64,000 nt of DNA from the NCBI GenBank assembly GCA_964581425.1, contig CAZOOM010000001.1:5183-69182 (forward strand), read 5' to 3'. The position numbers were made by a program, and so were the translations under genes. This document shows, piece by piece, positions 47,116 to 56,326 of the stretch. This DNA is from an uncultured bacterium (lineage in GTDB: Bacteria > Omnitrophota > Omnitrophia > Omnitrophales > Aquincolibacteriaceae). Within the stretch, counting starts at the first letter, position 1, and each line of letters begins with the position of its first letter. Below the pieces are notes generated by a model. That model was not told the DNA's origin, made no database searches, and saw only the letters and a program-made list of their open reading frames with translations.

Positions 47116-47643
47116 TCAATTTTCGCCGACGTTTTCAAGTGCGGTCAAAACCAAAGGGTTAATCTTAGATACGCGACCCAAACTTTTTTGGATCAGCTGG
47201 GCTGTTTCCTTTAAAGTAATTTTGAGTGCTACTGCAAGTTCTCCAACCAGGCCGTTCACCAGTCGCGACATCCGCTGGCGGCTTCGCTGATCTTTGACTT
47301 CTTTTTGATCGTGGGAAAAGGAAAGAATTTCTTTAGCTACGCTGGCTGCCTCGTGATCCGTACCCTTAACAGGGTCGGTCGGGCTTCCCTCTTTGAGATA
47401 TTTTAAAATCTGATTGGCTTCTGCCATGGAAACTAGAGAGTGAAAGCCTGAAATTTCCATGCCCTCAGCAGGAATGACAAATCGCATTTTCATGTGATTA
47501 GCGGTGCTGGGTTCAAGGGCGTAGAAAAGAGTATCTTTGCCTGCTTCTTTTTGTTTGACCAGTTTCTTAACGCTGCAAAGGCCATGAGTGGCATGATAAA
47601 GTAAACTTCCTGGACCAATTTTAGCTTGAATCATTTTACTCAT
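47116..47643 (-). CDS. CarD/CdnL-family RNA-polymerase-binding transcription factor.
   Basis: N-terminal Tudor-like RNAP-interacting domain IQAKIGPGSLLYHATHGLCSVKKLVKQKEAGKDTLFYAL. It is 175 aa. Confidence 0.7.
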   Translation of the reverse strand: MSKMIQAKIGPGSLLYHATHGLCSVKKLVKQKEAGKDTLFYALEPSTANHMKMRFVIPAEGMEISGFHSLVSMAEANQILKYLKEGSPTDPVKGTDHEAASVAKEILSFSHDQKEVKDQRSRQRMSRLVNGLVGELAVALKITLKETAQLIQKSLGRVSKINPLVLTALENVGEN

Positions 47644-47696
47644 TTCTGCACCGTTAGATGTTTCCGGAACTTTGATATATCAGTGGTTGAAAACGT

Positions 47697-47866
47697 CAAT
47701 TTAACTGCGTTTCGGCTGGCGCATCGATTGACGGAGTTTCAGGACTTGTTTGATCAGGTGAGGAGGCTTGTTCTTTTCGAAGTAAGCGCCGATTCCTCTT
47801 ATCTTCCTGCTTTTTCTTTCGCATTTCTTCTTTTTTTCGTTTATCGCTTTTAAATCGGGGCTTCAT
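47697..47866 (-). CDS. Possible small basic protein (about 56 aa), unannotated.
   Basis: MKPRFKSDKRKKEEMRKKKQEDKRNRRLLRKEQASSPDQTSPETPSIDAPAETQLN. An AAAGGATGATT RBS-like sequence lies just upstream of the ATG. It is low-complexity, so it could be chance. Confidence 0.25.
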
Positions 47867-48027
47867 AATCATCCTTTGTTATGAACCTATCTTTGCGGTG
47901 AGCCGGAGAGAAAGGGTCAGGCGTGACAGAGTTAGCTTAACACGTTATCACTCAGGCCCCTACACATTAATTCCGGATTTATAATGAATTGAGGGAGAAG
48001 AGCCTCATTAAGGTTGATTGTGGAGTG

Positions 48028-48888
48028 CTAAGGTGTGCGCCTATGGCTATCCATTTCTAAATTTAACAAGCGCTTTTTGCGATCAGGATTCCACCTGTAA
48101 CCGCCAACACCGCCTGACTTTGGAACAATTCGGTGACAGGGGATGACGATCGCAATAGGATTGGTTGCGCAAGCACGTGCCACAGCCCTTGCAGCCGAAG
48201 GATTACCCAGGGCCTTTGCAGCTTCTGAGTAATGATAGGTTTTGCCAGACGGGATGGTGCGAAGCCAATCCCAAACTTTTTTTTGAAATGCAGTGGCTTG
48301 TATGTCATAAGGCAGAAGAGGCCATGGCCGATGACCTTTAAGGTAATCGACCAGCGCTTGGACCCAGCGCTGTAACGACACGCTCTTTGGTAAAAACTTC
48401 GCTCCTTGAAATTCTTTCTTAAGTTCACGCTCTAATTTTTTTTTCTTTTCACCCAGCCTAACACAACAAATTCCTTGATCCGTAGCCGCTACCAGTAAAT
48501 AGCCCAGCGGGGATTGCGTGATGACATAAAGAATGGTCGCGCCTTGGCCCTTATTTTGATAATGCTTGGGAGACATTCCCAAATAGCGGTGTGCGAATTC
48601 ATACAAGCGGCTGCTGGATCCAAAACCGGCGTCGTAAAGTGCTCGGCTTACGGAAGCACCTTTTTTTAGAAGAAGGCGCAGACGTTTAAAACGCACCGCA
48701 TCTGCGTAATTCTTAGGAGAGATTCCGAGAAATTTGGAAAATATTTTTTGGAAATAAGCAGCACTGAACTTGCAATGAGCAGCTACCTCTGAGAGACTGG
48801 GTATTTGGTCAGAGGTTTCAATGAATTCACAAGCAGAAACGAGTTTGTTTTGAAGAATATCCTTGGAGTTAAGAACCATGGCTTGCAT
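48028..48888 (-). CDS. Ada-like fusion of an AraC-type HTH domain and methylated-DNA-protein-cysteine S-methyltransferase (Ogt/MGMT).
   Basis: HTH_AraC segment AAYFQKIFSKFLGISPKNYADAVRFKRL. C-terminal MGMT active site IPCHRIV (PCHR) and the wing GGYRWN. Confidence 0.8.
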   Translation of the reverse strand: MQAMVLNSKDILQNKLVSACEFIETSDQIPSLSEVAAHCKFSAAYFQKIFSKFLGISPKNYADAVRFKRLRLLLKKGASVSRALYDAGFGSSSRLYEFAHRYLGMSPKHYQNKGQGATILYVITQSPLGYLLVAATDQGICCVRLGEKKKKLERELKKEFQGAKFLPKSVSLQRWVQALVDYLKGHRPWPLLPYDIQATAFQKKVWDWLRTIPSGKTYHYSEAAKALGNPSAARAVARACATNPIAIVIPCHRIVPKSGGVGGYRWNPDRKKRLLNLEMDSHRRTP

Positions 48889-48948
48889 TTTATCCCATTA
48901 GAAAACAAGATCTATCCGAATCTTGTCATGGATCAGAAAAAAGAAATC

Positions 48949-49851
48949 TTAGGCTTTGTTTTTTAAATTCGAAGGGAGTTTGATCGATTTGGCAAGTCCG
49001 AACCAAGACAGGAATTTAATCACTCCGTAAGTGATATCAATTTCCCACCATTTCAGCCCGTGCCTGGCGGAGTATTGAAACGCGTGGTGATTATTGTGCC
49101 ATCCTTCTCCGTAAGTCATGGCAGCAACCCACCATAAATTTCTGGAATTATCTTTGGTTGGATGACTCCGGTAGCCCCAGACATGAGCCGCTGAATTGAC
49201 AAACCACGTTGCGTGATAGGCCAGCACGGTGCGGACAAAAACACCCCAAACCACAAAAGGCCACCCGCCCCACAAATAAAGAGCAATGCTGAGAAAAAGG
49301 GTCCACCAAATATGAGTTTTTTCTAGAAACACGTGGCCTTTGTCTGCCGCCAAGTCGGGAGCGAATCGAGCTAATCCTTCCGGAGTGTTAATCCTCTCAT
49401 TGTGAAAAAAAATCCAGCCCATGTGTCCCCAGAAAAAACTTTTGAGAGGGGAATGAGGGTCACCTTCCTGGTCTGATTTTAAATGATGAAGACGATGGCC
49501 TGCGACCCAAGTGAGGGGGCCTGATTGGCATGCCAAGCAGGCCATCAAGGTAAAAAAATACTCAAGGGGTTTTGGAGTTTTAAAACTGCGGTGAGTCAGC
49601 AGCCGGTGATAACCAAGCGTGATTCCAAGACAGGCTGTTGCAAAATAGAGGACGACTCCAACCAGTAAAGCACTCCAGCTGAAACAAAAAAATCCAGCCA
49701 CAGCTGCCAAATGAATGGCCACGATAAAAGAAGCAACAGGCCAATCAACTTTTCGAGGTTTTGAGGAGGCGGGTTCTAAGGAGAGTTGGTCAACTTCTCC
49801 AGGGCCCATTGGGGCGGCGGTTTCCTCATTCATATCTGTCAGTGAATCCAA
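48949..49851 (-). CDS. Acyl-CoA delta-9-type membrane fatty-acid desaturase. This is the second copy in the window.
   Basis: His boxes HRLLTH, HRLHHLKSD and HNNHHAF. It has four TM helices and is 300 aa. Confidence 0.85.
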   Translation of the reverse strand: MDSLTDMNEETAAPMGPGEVDQLSLEPASSKPRKVDWPVASFIVAIHLAAVAGFFCFSWSALLVGVVLYFATACLGITLGYHRLLTHRSFKTPKPLEYFFTLMACLACQSGPLTWVAGHRLHHLKSDQEGDPHSPLKSFFWGHMGWIFFHNERINTPEGLARFAPDLAADKGHVFLEKTHIWWTLFLSIALYLWGGWPFVVWGVFVRTVLAYHATWFVNSAAHVWGYRSHPTKDNSRNLWWVAAMTYGEGWHNNHHAFQYSARHGLKWWEIDITYGVIKFLSWFGLAKSIKLPSNLKNKA

Positions 49852-50126
49852 GATGAAATGACCTTTAGTAATGCACTTAAGTGATTGAAATGACGTGTCA
49901 CATCATCCCATGAGAATTTGGAGGGGATAGGCTAACTTTAAACTGCCGGATTGGCAACCAAAAAAAGAAGAACTGCCAGATACTTTAAATTTTCTAATCG
50001 AGAGCATCCTCGTAAATTGACACTTTTCTAGAATGGCTGGCGTCTAAAGAGCAGAAGCTGCTCAGTGTCTATCTTCTTAAGAATACTCGCGCGGCTAGCA
50101 GTGACAGATCAGAAAAGGAGATTGTT

Positions 50127-50630
50127 ATGACAAAGAAAACCACAATGACAGGATTCGCAGCTCTTATTTTTACTTTAACCGTTGCTCTTGGGAGTGCTTA
50201 TGCCCAGGAATGTATGAAAGGATATGGACACGGCGGAGGACGCGGAATGTCCGGGCAATTTTTTAAGAAGGCTCATTGGATTATGAAAAACCAAAATACC
50301 TTGGGGCTTTCCGAGGAAAAAATAGCGGCAATCAAAAGTTTGATGCTGGATACAAAAAAAGAAGCTGTGAAACAAGAATCAGATATCAAGGTTCTGTCTT
50401 TGGATCTCAAAAACCAGCTTTCAAAAAATGTGATTGATGTTGCAGTAACGAATAACTTAATCGACCAAAAATACGAACTTGAAAAAGCCAAAGCAAAGAA
50501 TTCAATTAAGGCCTTGGCTAAACTAAAAACTCTGATGACTCAGGATGAGTGGAATAAATTGAGTTCTCTTAAAAAAGAATCGCACCAGCATCGTCAGCAC
50601 GGAGAGTTTCAGGATAAAGATCAGGATTAA
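50127..50630 (+). CDS. Periplasmic LTXXQ-motif protein (Spy/CpxP/ZraP-like chaperone family).
   Basis: Signal peptide MTKKTTMTGFAALIFTLTVALGSAYA. LTQDEWNKL is the LTXXQ motif. The protein is helical and Lys/Glu-rich, and 167 aa long. Confidence 0.6.
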   Translation: MTKKTTMTGFAALIFTLTVALGSAYAQECMKGYGHGGGRGMSGQFFKKAHWIMKNQNTLGLSEEKIAAIKSLMLDTKKEAVKQESDIKVLSLDLKNQLSKNVIDVAVTNNLIDQKYELEKAKAKNSIKALAKLKTLMTQDEWNKLSSLKKESHQHRQHGEFQDKDQD

Positions 50631-50672
50631 ATGCCAGATTTGAAAAACGACTCTAAACAACAGGAGAATTTT

Positions 50673-51266
50673 ATGTCAAAGAAATATCCAGCCCTACTTT
50701 TAGCGATCTTGATGATCTTTACTTTAGTTCAACCGCCTGCGGCGTTAGCCGATCGAGGTCATGGCCATGGTTATGGACATGGTTACGGTTATGGAGGAGG
50801 AAGAGGTCTCGCCATTGCCTCGCTTGCCGTTGGAAGTGCGGCGCTACTTTATAGTGCAGGACTTTTTTATCGATCAACACCCGCCGGTTATGTGGTGGTC
50901 CAGCCGGCGATGGCTCCTGCTGGCTACAGTGTTACGTATGTGAACGGGATGCCGTATTATTATCCTTATCCCGTAGTGGCGCCTACAACTTATGTGGCAG
51001 CAGCTCCTGTGGTACAAACGGTTCAGCCTGTGCAATATCAATATGCTCAGCCAGCACAGGTCCAAGCACCTGCCCCTGCGCCTGCTCAGGTGGCGGCACC
51101 AGCACCATCTTCAGAACCTTTTGAGATTCGTTTGCCTAATGGGAACGGAAGTTACACTTCGGTCACTTTAAGAAAAACCGCCAATGGATTTTTGGGTCCG
51201 CAAGGTGAGTTTTATGCGGATCATCCAAGTGAAGATGAACTTCGAAAACGCTACCTGAACGCCTAA
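50673..51266 (+). CDS. Secreted protein with a GHGYGHGYGYGGGRG repeat, a Pro/Ala/Val/Gln-rich linker and a conserved ~48-aa C-terminal domain I do not recognise.
   Basis: Signal peptide MSKKYPALLLAILMIFTLVQPPAALA. The C-terminal block is FEIRLPNGNGSYTSVTLRKTANGFLGPQGEFYADHPSEDELRKRYLNA. Start chosen at the Met at 50673. The track ORF begins at 50631. Confidence 0.6.
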   Translation: MSKKYPALLLAILMIFTLVQPPAALADRGHGHGYGHGYGYGGGRGLAIASLAVGSAALLYSAGLFYRSTPAGYVVVQPAMAPAGYSVTYVNGMPYYYPYPVVAPTTYVAAAPVVQTVQPVQYQYAQPAQVQAPAPAPAQVAAPAPSSEPFEIRLPNGNGSYTSVTLRKTANGFLGPQGEFYADHPSEDELRKRYLNA

Positions 51267-51296
51267 AACTAATTTCTAAGAGATGAGGAAAATTAA

Positions 51297-51716
51297 ATGA
51301 AAACAAAAATCATGGCCTTGATGATGATTCTCGTTCTAGGTTGGGTAGGGCAGGCATCTGCAGAATCTGCGATTGATATTCCTTACTTCACCAAAGAAAC
51401 CGTGAAGATTACAGAAAATATCATTCTGATGCCTTTTCGGTTGCTCCGGGATATTTTTGATCCGGAGCCGGTCAAACCTCTGGTTTTGGTTCCGCCTCCC
51501 GTGATGCAGGCAGCGCCTGTGGTCCAAGCAGCTGCACCTGCACCCGTGCCTCAGGCTGATCCGGATGTGGTTGAAGTTCAAATTGCAAAAGGCAACGGAA
51601 GTATGATCGTGGTTCCTCTTCGTAAAACAGAAAAGGGCTACATGGGTCCTCAAGGAGAATTTTACGCTCACTATCCATCCCAGGATGTTTTGAAGGAAAA
51701 GTATCTGAAGGATTAA
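51297..51716 (+). CDS. Secreted paralog of the preceding gene. It shares the same C-terminal domain.
   Basis: Signal peptide MKTKIMALMMILVLGWVGQASA. A Pro/Ala/Val-rich linker follows. The C-terminal block VEVQIAKGNGSMIVVPLRKTEKGYMGPQGEFYAHYPSQDVLKEKYLKD aligns to the upstream gene. Confidence 0.6.
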   Translation: MKTKIMALMMILVLGWVGQASAESAIDIPYFTKETVKITENIILMPFRLLRDIFDPEPVKPLVLVPPPVMQAAPVVQAAAPAPVPQADPDVVEVQIAKGNGSMIVVPLRKTEKGYMGPQGEFYAHYPSQDVLKEKYLKD

Positions 51717-51784
51717 TCAAGAAATAAAAAATGCCGGATGCTTTTAAAGCACCCGGCATTTTTGTTTTTAAGAAAAGATGTTTC

Positions 51785-52012
51785 TTAGAAACCTAATTTC
51801 TTTTTCATGGCCTCGCCTGTTTTGGCAGCGCAAGCAGCCGCGCGATCCGCGGTTCTGGCAGCAAGGACTTTGTCTTTCTCAACACCTTGTTTGCCGATGG
51901 TTGCAATCGAATCACCCAGCTTGGTGAGAGCATTTTCCTTGCAAGGATCTCCGCAGCCAGCGAGTGTCATAGAAAGTAATCCGAAAACTAAAAGCCATTG
52001 TAATTTCTTCAT
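51785..52012 (-). CDS. Small lipoprotein (75 aa).
   Basis: Signal peptide with the lipobox LLSMTLAGC. It is Cys-rich: CGDPC...CAAK. Confidence 0.45.
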   Translation of the reverse strand: MKKLQWLLVFGLLSMTLAGCGDPCKENALTKLGDSIATIGKQGVEKDKVLAARTADRAAACAAKTGEAMKKKLGF

Positions 52013-52103
52013 TTTAACCTCCGGGGGATCAACTTAGCTTATTCATGAAACGTTATGCGATAATTCTAAAGTCCCTTGAATGAGAAAACAATCATAAAAA
52101 ATC

Positions 52104-52484
52104 TTATTTTTGAACGCCCCACTTAACGGTTCCTCGGCACGCGATCAGGAGAAACACAAAACAATAAAGAACCGCAAGTTCACCTTTGTTGATGGCCGGG
52201 AAGAAATTGGATCCCAATTGGAACTTCCAGTGAAACTGGAAATAAGCAACGGCCATTTGCCCGCTTGAAAGAAAAGCGGCAAGCCGTGTTTGAAAGCCAA
52301 ACATCACTGCAAGTCCGCAAATAAGCTCGATAAGTCCTCCGATCCAAATTTGAGAGCCGACGGCTGGCGTATGATCGGTCAGCAGACCAAAGATTTTCTG
52401 AAATCCGTGGAATGAAAACATAAATCCCGTCATGATTCGCATCAGTGCATACGCATGATTTGAAAACTTGTCCAAAAATTTCAT
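52104..52484 (-). CDS. DoxX-family membrane protein.
   Basis: YALMRIMTGFMFSFHGFQKIFG fits the DoxX N-terminal pattern. It has four TM helices. Confidence 0.75.
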   Translation of the reverse strand: MKFLDKFSNHAYALMRIMTGFMFSFHGFQKIFGLLTDHTPAVGSQIWIGGLIELICGLAVMFGFQTRLAAFLSSGQMAVAYFQFHWKFQLGSNFFPAINKGELAVLYCFVFLLIACRGTVKWGVQK

Positions 52485-52623
52485 ACAACCTCCTCAAAGA
52501 TGACCCAGATAACAATGTTTAACCAAATGAAGTTTAAAAGAACTTGCAGATGAAGAAAAGAGAAATTCTGAGTGCTGGGTTTTCATCTTTCGAGACGGGC
52601 TTCTTTTCTGCTATATTGATTCA

Positions 52624-53376
52624 ATGAACCCATTACTGCGAACTCTTCCGCCGCTTTCTCTGCCTTCGGACTTTTCTGGTTTTAAGACCTTACTTCATTA
52701 CGATGCGATTGAATTTCATGGAGTCGTGTCTGACCATCTTTATCAGTATCAAGTGCGACAAGCTGAAAATGTACGCTCAATTTTTTTAGCCTCCATGGTT
52801 TTAAAAGAAGATGTGCTCGCCTGGCAGTCTTTTCGGGAAATGTTTGAAGGCATTCTCAAAATGGCGGCTTCTCAGATGCGTGGTTTTTATGGACTAGAAC
52901 TCATTTTTTTTGATTTAAACGAGGGGTTTTCCAGTTTTCATCTTGGAAATTTGACTCAGCTGCTTGTGAATCATTCCAAGAAACTCGAATCTGGAAATCA
53001 AATGCTTGTTCGTTACGCCTCTCTTTGGATGATTCTTTCCAAGAGGACTCACGGAGATTGGGGTAAGATTGATTTCAAGTCCCGCGTCGAAATCATCTCA
53101 AAGCCTGATCAGTTGCATTTATTTTTGAAAAAGTGTTTGAAGGATTCAGAGACTCAGCTTAAATCCTCAAGTCAGCCGCTTTTCGTGATTTCAGATTTGG
53201 GACAAATTCCTGTGTTTAAATTTGGCTCCGAAGATCAGACTGCGAAAATGGCACGATGGCTGGAGAGTTTTACGAAATCAAATACGCCTATTCCTGAGAT
53301 GATCATTGATCATCAAAAAAATTGGATTGAAATCGGTGCGCAATTTGGTTTTCGTAAGGAAGAAGATAAGTCTTAA
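52624..53376 (+). CDS. Hypothetical cytoplasmic protein (250 aa).
   Basis: Complete ORF with ordinary composition. I do not recognise a motif. Confidence 0.5.
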   Translation: MNPLLRTLPPLSLPSDFSGFKTLLHYDAIEFHGVVSDHLYQYQVRQAENVRSIFLASMVLKEDVLAWQSFREMFEGILKMAASQMRGFYGLELIFFDLNEGFSSFHLGNLTQLLVNHSKKLESGNQMLVRYASLWMILSKRTHGDWGKIDFKSRVEIISKPDQLHLFLKKCLKDSETQLKSSSQPLFVISDLGQIPVFKFGSEDQTAKMARWLESFTKSNTPIPEMIIDHQKNWIEIGAQFGFRKEEDKS

Positions 53377-53978
53377 GATTGTTTTTTCTTGAGAAAGTGG
53401 TCGCGCAGATAATAAAAAAGAAGAGCAACGGCGCCTCCTGACATATCGAGAGCCATATCCTCTTGAGCATCCCAGATGTCGCCCTGAGAGCCTAGAAAAG
53501 CTGATCCTGATGCGGAGTTACTGTTGACGGCATAAATCCATTCAATAATCTCATAACTTGCCGCGATGGCTGCAATGAAGCAAAACGCAGAAAAATAGGC
53601 ATAGGCCTTGGAACGCACCCATCCTTGCCGCAGGGAAAGTTCCACCCAGGCAAAGGCATAAAAGCCTACCGTGAAATGAGCCACTCGATCGTACATATTG
53701 CGCTCAAATCCGAACAGCTTACTGAACCATTCAAAGGGCACACGCTCAAAAGTGTAATGACCTCCTACGGTGTGGAGAAAAATCAAAACACTCATGAGCA
53801 AATACGCTGCGTTCGAAAAGCGAATATTTTTCACATAGAGAACGAAGAGTAAAAGTACAATCGCCACGATGGGAGTGTTTTCAGCAATCCAGACATCGCG
53901 CGAATAAGGGTGAATACCTAAGAAGGCAAAAAAAATCAGGTAGCTCAAAAATAAAATTTTAGGAATCGGATTTGCCAT
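53373..53978 (-). CDS. DUF2238/YjdF-like inner membrane protein.
   Basis: Multi-TM protein. LHTVGGHYTFERVPF fits the YjdF-family HYTY-like motif region. This call is tentative. Confidence 0.55.
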   Translation of the reverse strand: MANPIPKILFLSYLIFFAFLGIHPYSRDVWIAENTPIVAIVLLLFVLYVKNIRFSNAAYLLMSVLIFLHTVGGHYTFERVPFEWFSKLFGFERNMYDRVAHFTVGFYAFAWVELSLRQGWVRSKAYAYFSAFCFIAAIAASYEIIEWIYAVNSNSASGSAFLGSQGDIWDAQEDMALDMSGGAVALLFYYLRDHFLKKKQS

Positions 53979-54070
53979 GACGTTTGAATTTACGTCCTTT
54001 ATCTCTCGAATCCTTAGCCCACATTTCTCGGGCAGGCCCGCAAAATTTGAAACAATAGGACCTCTCTGTC

Positions 54071-54100
54071 AGGGACGGTTCTTTGCAAAGAACCGTCCCT
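54071..54100. promoter_or_regulatory. Perfect 30-bp palindrome. It is a candidate operator or hairpin.
   Basis: AGGGACGGTTCTTTGCAAAGAACCGTCCCT is its own reverse complement. It lies in the intergenic space between two minus-strand genes. It is not followed by a U-tract on either strand. Confidence 0.35.
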
Positions 54101-54175
54101 TAAGGAACTTAAATTTTACGCGCATCTTTTCTCGGAAGTAAAAATATTTTTTAAAAAATCGGGGATCGAAAAGAA

Positions 54176-54211
54176 TAAGGCGAAACCGTGTTCCCCCCGG
54201 TTCCGCCTTAT
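54176..54211 (-). terminator. Candidate intrinsic terminator for the small secreted-protein gene.
   Basis: On the minus strand, AAGGCGGAACCG, GGGGAACA, CGGTTTCGCCTT, then ATTCTTTTCGATCCCCGATTTTTT. The stem is 12 bp with one mismatch and a T-rich tail. Confidence 0.4.
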
Positions 54212-54253
54212 CCATGCATCCTTTGTCTCAACTCAAATTCCTTTCGCGGACTT

Positions 54254-54571
54254 CTATTTCCGATATTTTTTGAAGGTCAGAAAATCCCAAGAGCTGTTGA
54301 TGACTAGTTTCCCAGCTTTGATCGTTTCTGACAGGGCCTTATCCATCGGATCGAATAAAATCGGCCGAAGTTTTACGGCCGGTACTTTATCGAGCGATTT
54401 GTCGAGCCCCTTGTTCATCTCCCCATAAACTTTTCCCACATCGGCAACAGGCCGATAACTGCTGTCTTTTGTATGATCCATCACCGCATTATCCACAGTG
54501 GCCAGCAAGCACCATCCTGGAACAGCCCCCACAACCATAAGCACCACAAGCAGCGTCGCTATTTTTTTCAT
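54254..54571 (-). CDS. Small secreted hypothetical protein.
   Basis: Signal peptide MKKIATLLVVLMVVGAVPGWC. It is about 105 aa. The start was re-chosen at the internal Met. Confidence 0.4.
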   Translation of the reverse strand: MKKIATLLVVLMVVGAVPGWCLLATVDNAVMDHTKDSSYRPVADVGKVYGEMNKGLDKSLDKVPAVKLRPILFDPMDKALSETIKAGKLVINSSWDFLTFKKYRK

Positions 54572-54723
54572 CTGTTTTTTTCCTCCTTTCAAAGGAAATA
54601 TCACCTAATCAAAGTGTGCTCGATTTCCAGATTTTTACAATAGTACACAGTCTTGAAATAGATCATAACTTGTTAATAAACAACAAGTTATATAAAATTA
54701 AATAAACAGATAAGGGTGGATCT

Positions 54724-56184
54724 TTAAAGGAAAGAGTCTTGAGCTTGAGGATCTTTTGTAAGGCCTTCAAGTAAAGATCGGCCCTGGATTAAATTATAAC
54801 CAAGTTTGTAGCAATATAGACTTGCAGGTGTAAAAACGAGGGTTACATTCTTATAATGGAGTTCATTTTGAATTGTTTTGGAAGTTACCATCGCTCGAGA
54901 TAAGTTTTGTTCATGACAGAATTGGATCAGACTTTTTAATTCCTCGACATTGCTGAAATAACGGTCAGACCACTTGACTTCAATGGCCCAAGCGGCTTTC
55001 TGCTTAGGGCCTAACAAAACAATATCAACTTCTCCTTTCGCCCACCTAGCATAGTGCAAGAGTGAATCAGTATGGAACCAATGAGAAAAAACAGCTGTTT
55101 CAACGAGATGTCCCATGGCTTCGTCATTTTCGTTTGCAAGATTAAACAGCGCGGTTCTCATGGATGGGTTCGTTAAGTACACTTTGAAAAAATTTGCTCT
55201 TTTGAATCTTTTCGCGGTTCTGTCAATGCGATGAATTGTTTTGATCAAGAACGCTGCTTCAAGGTATTCAACATATCTTTTGATCGTATTTTTAGCGACA
55301 CCTGAGCCTTTGGATAACTCCTCAAGTGAAACTTCCTTGGCTGTATTATAGGCAAGGGTTGTGAATAAATAATTCAATTCTTGTATATCATGTACTCCAT
55401 ATAAACTAGGCAGATCCCTTAGCAATACTTTATCAATGATGTCACTTTTTACGAATTGTCCCGGATTTTTTTGAATCTCTAAAGATAGAGCTACTTCAGG
55501 ATATCCGCCAAAGTTTAAGTAATTAATGAAATCTTGGTTAAGCGTTTGAATATCATTCGTGGAGATTTTATCTACAAATCCGTTTTGCAATTGTTGGCTT
55601 TTAACAAGAGCCGTTTTTTTGAGTAAAACCATGTATTCATAAAAAGCTAAAGGGGGAAGCAAGAAATTTGAAAAGCGACCAGCCCCAGACTCAATACTTT
55701 TTAACCTTAAAGCTGCGGCAGCAGAGCCGGAAGCGATACAGCGAATATTTTTGTGTTGATCTACGAGTCGCTTAAGGTAAATTTCCCAATCTTTGAGATA
55801 TTGAATTTCATCAAAAAAGATGAAGCATTCTTCCTTTGCGTAATCAATGTTGGCAGCTTCTTGATAAGCTTGCAAAAAAGATTCTAAATCCATGCCGTTA
55901 TAAAGAGGATGGTCCACTGAGATATAGCAAATTTTCTTTGGCGGAACTCCACTGTCGATTAGTTTTTGTATCGCGTGGTGAACGAGGACTGTTTTCCCAA
56001 TACGGCGAGGACCCATGAGGACAATGGCTCGTTGAATATTTTTCTTAATGATACATGGATAGAAAATTTGCAGATAGGGTCTAGGAAGATATTTATGGTA
56101 AGTTTGAGAAATTTTCGACTCATTCCACCAAATATTCTCAGACTTAAGTCGTTCTGCTACTTGAGTTTTTGGAATTTTATCCAT
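54724..56184 (-). CDS. AAA+ ATPase with a C-terminal DUF4143 domain (COG1373 family).
   Basis: Walker A is LMGPRRIGKTVL. Walker B is CFIFFDEIQYL. The C-terminal region resembles a DUF4143 / restriction-endonuclease-like fold. The gene and its flanks are clearly more AT-rich than the neighbours. Confidence 0.8.
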   Translation of the reverse strand: MDKIPKTQVAERLKSENIWWNESKISQTYHKYLPRPYLQIFYPCIIKKNIQRAIVLMGPRRIGKTVLVHHAIQKLIDSGVPPKKICYISVDHPLYNGMDLESFLQAYQEAANIDYAKEECFIFFDEIQYLKDWEIYLKRLVDQHKNIRCIASGSAAAALRLKSIESGAGRFSNFLLPPLAFYEYMVLLKKTALVKSQQLQNGFVDKISTNDIQTLNQDFINYLNFGGYPEVALSLEIQKNPGQFVKSDIIDKVLLRDLPSLYGVHDIQELNYLFTTLAYNTAKEVSLEELSKGSGVAKNTIKRYVEYLEAAFLIKTIHRIDRTAKRFKRANFFKVYLTNPSMRTALFNLANENDEAMGHLVETAVFSHWFHTDSLLHYARWAKGEVDIVLLGPKQKAAWAIEVKWSDRYFSNVEELKSLIQFCHEQNLSRAMVTSKTIQNELHYKNVTLVFTPASLYCYKLGYNLIQGRSLLEGLTKDPQAQDSFL

Positions 56185-56326
56185 TTAAGATCACTTAAAT
56201 AATCTTATTTTATAGTTATTAATTTAAAGTCATTTTACTGATACTAGTATACATACAGTTATTCGCCTCGTCAATAGCCAAAAAACTAGGTTTAGGTTAG
56301 GATGCACCTTCACCCAAGGAATTTTT

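Noticed and set aside
50761-51759. Alternative-frame ORFs within the secreted paralog genes
   Set aside because: They are products of the GC-rich Pro/Ala codon repeats. The annotated frames have signal peptides and the shared C-terminal domain.
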